Below are positions 19,162 to 27,476 of a DNA stretch of 64,000 bases, one piece after another. The notes beneath the pieces are model-generated. The model was not told the origin of the DNA and made no database searches. It saw only the letters and a list, made by a program, of their open reading frames with translations. The DNA lies in NCBI GenBank assembly GCA_964404925.1, contig CAYOLW010000005.1, positions 5,458 through 69,457 of the forward strand, given 5' to 3'. Position 1 is the first letter of the stretch, and every line of letters begins with the position of its first letter. The position numbers and the translations under genes are program-made. The DNA is from an uncultured Candidatus Saccharibacteria bacterium. Lineage in GTDB: Bacteria; Patescibacteriota; Minisyncoccia; Phycocordibacterales; UBA9973.

Positions 19162-20094
19162 TTAATTTGAATCTAGCCTACCTAAAATAAAAGGATTGTG
19201 AGCAAACTTCTCAAACCACTTCAAATATTCCTCTAACACCATCATATTCCCACCAGCTTGAAAATCTATTCTAATGTCTTCAACAGCGTTTAATATGGTA
19301 TGAGCAACTAAACGCTCTCTTGATAACTTATTTCCAGAATACTTTTCATAACTACTAAACACAATTTCAGCGTAATCAGGATAGTCCTGTATATAGCGAG
19401 TAAGTCCAGCATGAATGTCACCGTATTCTGTATCTCCAAAATCAACCATAGATACAAATTTACCTTTATTGACTAATATATTTTCATGATGACTGTCGTT
19501 ATGTGATAAACCAAAGACTGCATCCTTCTTTGTTTTACTAAATATTTCAATAACCTGCTCGACAATGCTTTTGTAATTATTTGGAATATTGTCATCGGTC
19601 AGAAAAACATGAACACTCTCTTGTGTCTCTTTCTCAAAATCAGCATCTTGGTTTATTTTCAAATGAATTGTTTCTATTTCATTCGGGGTCAAGCTTTTTC
19701 CCAAATCAGCGTGGAATTTACCTAAATTCTCGCAAATTAATTTTCTATCTTCTTCAACTAGGTCTTCCCATGAATTCTGCATTGTGTCACCAGAAATAAA
19801 GTCATAACAATACATTTTTGGGTCTTCAGAAATATAAACTATCTTAGGGACTAAAAGTGATGGGTTGTTCTCATTTAACTTCTTAAGCAGTTCTGCTTCT
19901 ACCAATAAATCATTTTGCTCATCAGTATCCTTGTTAAATTTTTCCTGTTTTACTAAATACTCTAACTCTTCGTCAGTTTTCACATACCAAGCGTTATTAC
20001 ACATACCTTGACCTATTAACGAAAACTTAACAATACTTTTACCTAGTTTTTTTGCAACAACTTGTTCTAGATATTTTTCTTCTATTTCTTTCAT
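19162..20094 (-). CDS. Aminoglycoside-phosphotransferase/choline-kinase-like protein (cassette 1 cargo)
   Basis: GQGMCN loop, HNDSHHENIL, VDFGD. Confidence 0.85.
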   Translation of the reverse strand: MKEIEEKYLEQVVAKKLGKSIVKFSLIGQGMCNNAWYVKTDEELEYLVKQEKFNKDTDEQNDLLVEAELLKKLNENNPSLLVPKIVYISEDPKMYCYDFISGDTMQNSWEDLVEEDRKLICENLGKFHADLGKSLTPNEIETIHLKINQDADFEKETQESVHVFLTDDNIPNNYKSIVEQVIEIFSKTKKDAVFGLSHNDSHHENILVNKGKFVSMVDFGDTEYGDIHAGLTRYIQDYPDYAEIVFSSYEKYSGNKLSRERLVAHTILNAVEDIRIDFQAGGNMMVLEEYLKWFEKFAHNPFILGRLDSN

Positions 20095-20100
20095 AACCAA

Positions 20101-20184
20101 AGTATATCAAAAGTTCGGAATTACACTACGGTATGCAAACTTAGGCCTATAAATATATAGGTTTTATGATGTGCGGGCGATGAG
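20101..20184. repeat. att-like junction R0 (left arm plus tRNA 3' end)
   Basis: Shares AAGTTCG..GAATTACACTACG..CAAACTT..TATATAGGTTTTATGATGTGCGGGC with R2 and R3. Confidence 0.88.
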
Positions 20185-20244
20185 AGAATCGAACTCCCGC
20201 CAACGGTTTTGGAGACCGTTGTTCTGCCACTAAACTAATCGCCC
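20174..20244 (-). tRNA. tRNA-Trp(CCA)
   Basis: GGGCGAT/ATCGCCC acceptor stem, ACGGT-CTCCAAA-ACCGT anticodon arm, GTTCGAT T-loop. Confidence 0.95.
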
Positions 20245-20389
20245 GAAAACCCGCCTTGCGGCGGGGTTTCGCGGAACGCAAAATAAAAAAAATGCGTTCC
20301 ATATATAAGGCCGAAGCCTCATAATAAAGAACACGCAACAGACGACCTGTTGCGCTATCAATTATACCAGAGTCAGAGAAAAAACAAAA

Positions 20390-20551
20390 CTATTTCTTGA
20401 GTTCTTTATGTTTAGTTTTAACCTTGCACCACTTGCAATATTTCGCCAATTCAAGCTTGGTGGTAACGGTCTTTTTGTTCTTGCTGGACCAGTAATTAAC
20501 CCTTTTGCACTTGCCGCAGGCGAACTTAATAAGTCTAACTTGTTTAGCCAT
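20390..20551 (-). CDS. rpmG: 50S ribosomal protein L33 (Zn-binding form), not in the ORF track
   Basis: MAKQVRLIKFACGKCKRVNYWSSKNKKTVTTKLELAKYCKWCKVKTKHKELKK. Confidence 0.93.
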   Translation of the reverse strand: MAKQVRLIKFACGKCKRVNYWSSKNKKTVTTKLELAKYCKWCKVKTKHKELKK

Positions 20552-20588
20552 GTGTCTAGATTAGCTCAAAATCGATAAAATTGCAATA

Positions 20589-21770
20589 TCATATTACCAC
20601 TCTTTTGATTTTTGGGTTCAAGCGATAAAAACGCTTAATAATAGGGTTAATTCTGGTAACAATCTCATAGTTAATAGTATCAGCATCTTGAGCCAGCATA
20701 TCAGCCTCGGCATAATGTCCGTGTGATCCACCAATTATGTCTATTTCATCCCCTGGTTTAGCCCCAGTTCCGGTCAAATCTACCATAACCATATCCATAC
20801 ATACAGTACCAATAATTTTAACCTTTTTACCATGAACAATAAAAACACCTTTCCTCGAAAGCGCTCGCGGGTATCCATGCCAATACCCAACCGGCACAAT
20901 ACCTACTACAGAGTTTCTTTTTAATTCTTCGGTTAAGTCATAACCCACCTTGGCCCCCTTGGGTAATTGCTTTGTTTCAGTGATAATCGACTTCCAAGAA
21001 AGCACCGGATGAAGTTTGTATTTTTTATTCATGACATTTTTAAGTTCACGAGAAGACCATAGCCCATATGAACCAATACCCACCCGTACCATATCATAAT
21101 GTAAGTCCGGAAAAAACATCGTCGAAGAAGAAGCACATAAATGTTTCAGGAATTTAAATCCAGCTCTTGAAAAAGCCTCGCTCCATACCTCAAGCTCACG
21201 TGCTTGCTGGTAAGTAAATTTTCTACCAGAGAGTGCTTCACCCACAGCCAAGTGGCTATACAAACCCTCTACACTGACAGAAGAAGACTGCTTTAAAATA
21301 TCAACTACTAGTGCAAGGTCTTCTTTCAAGAATCCTTGTCGCCTTAACCCGGTATCAGATTTAATATGTACTTTTAATTTATTTTTTAATTTTAATTTTT
21401 TTAAACAAACCAATGACTCATGGCTAGAAATAGTTACAGATATATCAAGGTTAGACGCTTCTTTAAAATACTCTGGGGAAACATAACCGAACACCAATAT
21501 GGGTGTTTTTATTTTTGCTTGTCTAATTTCTAAAGCTTCTTCAAAAGAATCCACTCCCAGAAATTGTGCACCCAGTGCCACTAATTCCTTGGTCATAGGT
21601 AAAAGCCCATGCCCGTAAGCATTAGATTTAACTACTGGCATTAGAATTGTTTTTTTATTTAGTAAACTTTTGAAAAGTTTGAAATTATGTTCAATAGCCT
21701 TGCGGTCAAGCTCTATCCAAGTTCGTAACTTGCTTTTTTCTTTTTTAGACAGAATTCTAGTACTCGGCAT
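20589..21770 (-). CDS. alr: Alanine racemase
   Basis: VVKSNAYGHG, HIKSDTGLRRQG, VPVGYWHGYPR, GTVCMD, TINYE; ATG at 21770 preferred. Confidence 0.95.
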   Translation of the reverse strand: MPSTRILSKKEKSKLRTWIELDRKAIEHNFKLFKSLLNKKTILMPVVKSNAYGHGLLPMTKELVALGAQFLGVDSFEEALEIRQAKIKTPILVFGYVSPEYFKEASNLDISVTISSHESLVCLKKLKLKNKLKVHIKSDTGLRRQGFLKEDLALVVDILKQSSSVSVEGLYSHLAVGEALSGRKFTYQQARELEVWSEAFSRAGFKFLKHLCASSSTMFFPDLHYDMVRVGIGSYGLWSSRELKNVMNKKYKLHPVLSWKSIITETKQLPKGAKVGYDLTEELKRNSVVGIVPVGYWHGYPRALSRKGVFIVHGKKVKIIGTVCMDMVMVDLTGTGAKPGDEIDIIGGSHGHYAEADMLAQDADTINYEIVTRINPIIKRFYRLNPKIKRVVI

Positions 21771-24141
21771 TTTGGATAATAGTTTCGAGTAATTCTTTTG
21801 GATAAAGAGGTTTCTTCTCAGCAAGACCCTGATGATACAGCACGGTTGATGGCGTCAACCCAGGCAATGTGTTCACTTCTATTACCAGCAATTCCCCGCT
21901 TTGAATATTCATAAAAGCATCAATTCTTGCATAGCCAGTAAGGCCAATCTTTTGCGCCAATTCTTCAATTAATTTTTTAGTTTTCTTGATTGCTTTTTGC
22001 TTAACCACACTACCCGGTGGTGGAGTGAGGTTAACCCCAGTACCGCCTTGGAACTTCTCCTCCAGAGAAAGCACTTCACCTTCGGCAATAGTGATACTTG
22101 GATTCAGCGCATGATATTTACCTTTGTGTTCAAATAAACCCACCGTTACTTCAACCCAACCTGTTACCTTTTTGTGTTTGATTTTATTATCAACCACTCT
22201 AACCTTGTCAGTATAAATAAACTTTTCAAACATTATATCGTTTAATTTTGTTGTAGGCATTTCAACGATAGCATCCTGACTGGTTAATGTTCCAACAGGT
22301 ATGAAACTCGTCGCTTCAAACAGAAATTGCAAGTAGTTCATGAGGTCTCGTTCGTTGAATAAATGCGCCACACCCGTTGAGCATCCATCATCCTTGGGTT
22401 TAACTATCACAGTATTGGCTCCGAGTTGTGCCTTTAAAGCACGCCAAAACGCACTCACGTTTTGCAATTTCTCAAGCTCTTTGACTGTATACACTGCTTG
22501 CTCAGCAATACTCAGTCCTTTTATTTTAGCTTTTCTTATAAATTCACCAGTGTCCCATTTGTCCATACAAAGTCTAGAAACATGGGAATTAGAACCATTA
22601 TGTTTTACTTTGTTTTTCTCCAAAATAGCCTGGATTGTGCCGTTTTCACCAGCACCACCGTGTAGACCTAAGAATATAAATTTAGATTTATCTATCAATT
22701 CTTCCATAGTTATTTGTTCAGGTCTGAAGAAATCTTCTGTTGCATCACCAGGCTCAAGCATCAACTCTTCTTTGATTGGTTTGACCATATTGACTACTTT
22801 ATCGTAATTCTTTTTTGCTTCTTTTACGTTATCCAGGATTTCTTCGACGGTGTGATTTAGTATGAGCGCATAGGGTAGTTTCCATATTTCTCCTTTGAAA
22901 CCAAGCAAGTGTGGGATTGGTTCGTAGATCTTAGATTTCTTGAGCTTGAGCCACACATTGGTACCACTCATCAGTGATACTTGTCGCTCGGATGTATCCC
23001 CGCCGAATAGTACGGATACAGGTTTTCTTTTAAGATTTTTCTTGGATTCAATATTTGTATTAAATTTTACCCCTTGCCTCTGTGCAGAATTTTTAATAAC
23101 AAAACGCAAAAGCTCTCCGTGGCTCATTCCAATACGAGAAGACTGCTGGAACAAGAAACTATTTTGCTCCATTCCTGAGATCGTATTAAAGTCAGAGAAC
23201 CATATGTTGCCATCCGGCATCAACCATCCATCAAAACGAGCAAAATCTTTCATTCCAAAAAGAGAAAAAATTTGAGATGCTTGCACACGAATATTATTAA
23301 TCACTTCTTCGGAAAAACGTGGAGGGCAGTGGTATTTAACCTGGTTAGTTGGTAGATATTTCTTACGAAAGTCAAAAATCCTACCTTCATGGTAAGTCAT
23401 TTCAATTTCGGATGGTAACAATGCTACCGGTAGACCAAGTTTGTTTTGTAAAACTATTACAGTAAACTCGCGTCCAGTTGCAAAAGGCTCTAACACAACG
23501 CGTGTGTCCATGCGTTTAGAAAAAATGATATTTGCCTTTTCTAATGCTTCTTTGGGATTGTGGACAGTGAAAACCCCAATACTTGATCCAGAGGTAGCTG
23601 GCTTTACTATTGCTTTATCTATTTTATTTTTCTTAAAGAATTCCTTGATAACCTTTTCATTATCTGATGAATAAATCTTCAATAGCGCAGAAGGCAAAGT
23701 ATGGAATCCATTTTGACTTAATGTTTGGTTTGAATTGTGTTTATCAAAAGCTTCTTTGCAAGACTTAGATCCAGATCCAACAAACGGGACATTGTGTTTT
23801 TCTAAAAATTTCTGTATTTCTCCGTCTTCACCAAAGGCTCCATGCATAGCCGGGAAAACAATATCTACTGATTTCAACAATTTAACTAAGGATGTATTAT
23901 TTAACTCCTTCGCATGATTAGCTAATTTAAAATCAAAATCTGATGGGGTATTAGAATAAAGTTGCGCTTTTGATATCTTGTAAGCTTTCTTTTTTATATC
24001 AAAATATATTGGTACTACTTCAATACTGTCAGCATCCAAGTGATCAAGCACACTCCGAGCCGAATTAAGCGATATGCCCCTCTCGAGTGATGGTCCACCG
24101 GTCAAAACTGCAACTTTGAATTTCTTTGTTTTTTCAGTCAT
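21757..24141 (-). CDS. ddl: Double-length D-Ala-D-Ala ligase (two tandem Ddl modules)
   Basis: GGPSLERGISL..MHGAFGEDG..DFNTISGM, then GGDTSERQVSL..LHGGAGENG..EVNTLPGLT. Confidence 0.88.
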   Translation of the reverse strand: MTEKTKKFKVAVLTGGPSLERGISLNSARSVLDHLDADSIEVVPIYFDIKKKAYKISKAQLYSNTPSDFDFKLANHAKELNNTSLVKLLKSVDIVFPAMHGAFGEDGEIQKFLEKHNVPFVGSGSKSCKEAFDKHNSNQTLSQNGFHTLPSALLKIYSSDNEKVIKEFFKKNKIDKAIVKPATSGSSIGVFTVHNPKEALEKANIIFSKRMDTRVVLEPFATGREFTVIVLQNKLGLPVALLPSEIEMTYHEGRIFDFRKKYLPTNQVKYHCPPRFSEEVINNIRVQASQIFSLFGMKDFARFDGWLMPDGNIWFSDFNTISGMEQNSFLFQQSSRIGMSHGELLRFVIKNSAQRQGVKFNTNIESKKNLKRKPVSVLFGGDTSERQVSLMSGTNVWLKLKKSKIYEPIPHLLGFKGEIWKLPYALILNHTVEEILDNVKEAKKNYDKVVNMVKPIKEELMLEPGDATEDFFRPEQITMEELIDKSKFIFLGLHGGAGENGTIQAILEKNKVKHNGSNSHVSRLCMDKWDTGEFIRKAKIKGLSIAEQAVYTVKELEKLQNVSAFWRALKAQLGANTVIVKPKDDGCSTGVAHLFNERDLMNYLQFLFEATSFIPVGTLTSQDAIVEMPTTKLNDIMFEKFIYTDKVRVVDNKIKHKKVTGWVEVTVGLFEHKGKYHALNPSITIAEGEVLSLEEKFQGGTGVNLTPPPGSVVKQKAIKKTKKLIEELAQKIGLTGYARIDAFMNIQSGELLVIEVNTLPGLTPSTVLYHQGLAEKKPLYPKELLETIIQNAEY

Positions 24142-24237
24142 TTTTTTGCAAAAAATTTAATCTAATATACCTTTATTTTACAAAACAAAATAGCAAAAAG
24201 CAAAGCTAAAGGCTCAAATTAGGTATTTGTTGCTAAA

Positions 24238-24999
24238 TTATCTAATTTGTAAAATAGTACTTGCTAAACTCTTTGGCACACTGGTGAGGCTTAATGCGCC
24301 TTTTTTAGTTACAAGGACCATGTCCTCTATCCGGATACCACCCCAGCCTTTCAGGTATATGCCTGGCTCAATAGTCATCACTACACCTTCTGGTAATACG
24401 TCCTCGCTTTTTGGTTTAAAATTCGGCCACTCATGGATAACAGTACCTACACCATGACCCAATCCATGCTGGAAATTGTCTTTATATTTTTTTGCCAGAA
24501 ATGCCCGAGCAGATTTATCTATGACCTTACATCTACGTTCTCCTTTATTAATAGCCACATAAGCCCTATCCATAGCTGACAGTACATCTGTATATACTTT
24601 TTTCTGCTTAGCAGAAGGCTCACCCCAGAAATAAGTGCGGGTCATGTCTGAACAGTAGTGCTTGATAGTAGTACCAAAATCAAACATTATAATAGCTCCC
24701 CCGCCTCCTCGGCGGGCAGGCTTTTTTAATCTAGTCTTGCCAGGTACATGATGAATATTCGCTGCATTTTTACCAAAAGCCACGATAGGATTAAAAGACA
24801 GAACAGGTGCGTTATATTTTATAAATTGCTTTTTAATGAAGTCCGCAACTTCTATTTCGGTGATACCATTTTTTAAAAAGTTTAAAGCATCTCCTAATAC
24901 CCTCTCGGATATCCTCTGAGCTAGCACAATATTAGCAACCTCTTCTTTGGTTTTTACTGCACGGATTTCATGAACTAATTGTGTTTTGTTGCTAGACAT
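24238..24999 (-). CDS. M24 Xaa-Pro aminopeptidase (catalytic domain only)
   Basis: DFG..YCSDMTRT, HGLGHGVG..IHE, TIEPGIY, GIRIED. Confidence 0.92.
   Translation of the reverse strand: MSSNKTQLVHEIRAVKTKEEVANIVLAQRISERVLGDALNFLKNGITEIEVADFIKKQFIKYNAPVLSFNPIVAFGKNAANIHHVPGKTRLKKPARRGGGGAIIMFDFGTTIKHYCSDMTRTYFWGEPSAKQKKVYTDVLSAMDRAYVAINKGERRCKVIDKSARAFLAKKYKDNFQHGLGHGVGTVIHEWPNFKPKSEDVLPEGVVMTIEPGIYLKGWGGIRIEDMVLVTKKGALSLTSVPKSLASTILQIR
24700..24720. repeat. 21-bp palindromic element inserted in frame (PARRGGG)
   Basis: CCTGCCCGCCGAGGAGGCGGG on the minus strand; removal gives the normal-looking RLKKGAIIMFDFG. Confidence 0.8.
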
Positions 25000-26050
25000 T
25001 AACTTTATTTTTTAATGATAACAAGCAAAGTTTATACAGAACCCTGGCACCTACGTTGCCATCCCATTCATCTTCTCCTGGTGCAACTTCAGACAAATCA
25101 AACCCTATGATTTGTTTACCACTTTGTAAAACTTTTTCAAATAAAAATATTATCTCATCAAGAGAAAAACCACCAACTACTGGCGTGCCAGTATTTGGTG
25201 AAAGGTATGGTGAGAGTCCATCTATATCAAAAGATATATAAACCTTCTCAGGTAATTCATTTACAATATTCTCGCACACCTTCCCCCATGTCGAGCCAGT
25301 AAATAAAGCTTTTCTTAATTCATACTCAGTAAACATTTTAACCCGACCATCTTCGCGATCCACCAAATCTTGTTCACTTTTTGAAAAATCGCGAATACCT
25401 ACTTGAACTAATTTATCTACTTGTTTTATTTTAAGTGCATTATAAAAAATAGAAGCATGTGAGTAGGTAAATCCTTCATATGCTTCACGTAAATCTGCGT
25501 GTGCATCAATATGCAAAATTCCAAAATTTTTATGCTTCTCAGCAAGCGCTTCCATGTATCCAAGCGGAGTACTGTGATCTCCACCCAATAATCCTACAAA
25601 TTTGCCTTGGTTTAATAAATCAGTAGTTATCGCTTTTACTTTTGATTTAAAATCTTCGCAGGATTTATTGATTTGCGACAAAAGTTCATTATCAATCTTG
25701 CCTTCTGTATATTTGGTCAAATAATCATCTACTTTGGCACGAGTTTCTATGTTTGATTTCTCTATATTTACATCTTTTTGTAAAATTGCCACACCCTCTC
25801 GCCAAGCAGTTGGACATAGTGGATCATATAGATCTATCTGTTGTGATGCTTCAAGCACTGCATCTGAACCCTCAACTGTACCAGTGGCATATGATACTGT
25901 TGCTTCCCAGGGTAGTGGTACAATTACAAGTTCTGATTCAGCAACATCAAACGGTAGACCAAAAATACCATGGTCTCTTAACCCGTTTTCATTTTCATTA
26001 AAATTTCTTAACTTTTCTTCTCTAATTTCTTTTCTTTTTTGTTCTTCCAT
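24992..26050 (-). CDS. speB: Agmatinase (ureohydrolase family)
   Basis: GGDHS, HIDAHADLR, SFDIDGL..TGTP, GFDLSEV. Confidence 0.88.
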   Translation of the reverse strand: MEEQKRKEIREEKLRNFNENENGLRDHGIFGLPFDVAESELVIVPLPWEATVSYATGTVEGSDAVLEASQQIDLYDPLCPTAWREGVAILQKDVNIEKSNIETRAKVDDYLTKYTEGKIDNELLSQINKSCEDFKSKVKAITTDLLNQGKFVGLLGGDHSTPLGYMEALAEKHKNFGILHIDAHADLREAYEGFTYSHASIFYNALKIKQVDKLVQVGIRDFSKSEQDLVDREDGRVKMFTEYELRKALFTGSTWGKVCENIVNELPEKVYISFDIDGLSPYLSPNTGTPVVGGFSLDEIIFLFEKVLQSGKQIIGFDLSEVAPGEDEWDGNVGARVLYKLCLLSLKNKVNV

Positions 26051-26074
26051 GCGTTTGTTTTATGTTAATAAACC

Positions 26075-26202
26075 TTACTTAAACTCTAGCACAATTTTTT
26101 GGAGATTCTCTATCTTGTCCTTACTGTCTATTTTTATACCTTCTTTTTTATAAAGTGCCATATAGATAATGCGATTTTTAGTACGCGTTCACTAAAGGTC
26201 AT
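26075..26202 (-). pseudogene. Internally deleted MGMT/Atl-like gene
   Basis: MTFSERVLKIALSI start joined out of frame to LYKKEGIKIDSKDKIENLQKIVLEFK*. Confidence 0.5.
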
Positions 26203-26204
26203 TT

Positions 26205-27389
26205 TTATGACAACCTCTCTTTGAAATCTTTGTAATCAAATTCACGGATAACTTTTATTTCTCTTTCTTCATTCATGAGCGCGATGGAGGGTAGATTTAC
26301 ACCGTTAAAAGTATTGTTTTTAACCATGGTATAAATTGCCATATTGAGGAAGACAACTTTCTGTCCAATTTCAAGCTTGGTCGGGAAAGAATAGTCCCCA
26401 ATCACATCCCCAGTCAGGCATGTTGGGCCAACCAGACGATATATATTTTCATTTGAATCTTTGGCAAATTTAACACCCAGAATACGAGGTTGGTATGGAA
26501 TTTCTAAAACATCCGGCATGTGGCAAGTCGGTGACACATCAAGCACTGCAATATCCATGCCGTTGTGCAAAATATCAACCACACTACCCACGAGTACACC
26601 AGCATTCAATGCTACAGCCTCCCCTGGCTCAAGGTATACAGTCAAATGAGGATAACGAGATTTGAAATCATTAAGCGTGTCTTTTAGAAGTTCAAGGTTG
26701 TAATCATCACGAGTGATATGGTGTCCGCCACCAAAGTTCACCCATTTCATTTCAGATAAAAATTCACCAAATTTAGATTCAAAAACTGCCAAACTACGGA
26801 CGAATGCTTCAGCACTGGATTCACATAAATTATGAAAATGCAGTCCTTCTAATCCGTCTACACTGTTCGGCTCAAAATTATCCCGAGTTACACCAAAATG
26901 TGAATTGGATTTTGATGGATCGTACATCTCTACCTCAGCTTCCCTGTGTTCAAGATTTACCCTCATGCCACATGAAGCACCTTTTTCTAGAACAATATCT
27001 TTAAACTTTTTCCATTGAGAAAAAGAATTGAAAACAAGGTGGTCTGCGTATTTTAGATATTCATGTATATTTTCTTCTGTATATGAAGGAGAAAAAGCAT
27101 GGGTTTCCTTGCCAAATTCTTCGTGGCCTAGACGTGCTTCAAAAACTGAGCTTGCCTCGCTGCCAGATAAATACTTCTTGGCAATATCAAAAGTCGAAAA
27201 CATCGAGAACCCTTTGAGCGCTGCTAAAACCCGAACCCCAGTATCCTGCTCTAAAGTATTTAAAATATCTAAATTACTTTCTAGCTTTTCTTCTGAAACC
27301 ACGTACGCTGGGGTTGCCACCTTGGCAAAGTCATCCGTCTGCCAACCCTCCTCACTCACCCACGGTTCGATAAATTTTTCTTCGTTCAT
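26205..27389 (-). CDS. nspC: Carboxy(nor)spermidine decarboxylase
   Basis: LAALKGFS, GLHFHNLCE, NFGGGHHIT, YLEPGEA, CHMPDVLE, GPTCLTGD, YTMVKNNTFNG. Confidence 0.93.
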   Translation of the reverse strand: MNEEKFIEPWVSEEGWQTDDFAKVATPAYVVSEEKLESNLDILNTLEQDTGVRVLAALKGFSMFSTFDIAKKYLSGSEASSVFEARLGHEEFGKETHAFSPSYTEENIHEYLKYADHLVFNSFSQWKKFKDIVLEKGASCGMRVNLEHREAEVEMYDPSKSNSHFGVTRDNFEPNSVDGLEGLHFHNLCESSAEAFVRSLAVFESKFGEFLSEMKWVNFGGGHHITRDDYNLELLKDTLNDFKSRYPHLTVYLEPGEAVALNAGVLVGSVVDILHNGMDIAVLDVSPTCHMPDVLEIPYQPRILGVKFAKDSNENIYRLVGPTCLTGDVIGDYSFPTKLEIGQKVVFLNMAIYTMVKNNTFNGVNLPSIALMNEEREIKVIREFDYKDFKERLS

Positions 27390-27399
27390 AATAATTATA

Positions 27400-27474
27400 A
27401 TTTTTAAAAAGAATCTTTTCGAATGGTCTGGTGAATTGATCCGAGGACCTGAGAAAAGATTACTTTTTAAAAAT
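27400..27474. repeat. Long imperfect intergenic hairpin
   Basis: ATTTTTAAAAAG-AATCTTTTC...GAAAAGATT-A-CTTTTTAAAAAT. Confidence 0.7.
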
Positions 27475-27476
27475 AA

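Larger units (their letters stand above)
16216..20184. mobile_element. Tandem array of four non-autonomous mini-islands integrated at tRNA-Trp
   Basis: Five related junction repeats separating 1-2-gene cassettes; no integrase in the window. Confidence 0.65.

Noticed and set aside
16216-20184. CRISPR array or classical integron
   Set aside because: Spacing is about 1 kb with whole genes between repeats; no cas or intI gene and no attC-type inverted R boxes seen.
20147-20338. 63-aa ORF
   Set aside because: Runs through tRNA-Trp and its hairpin leader.
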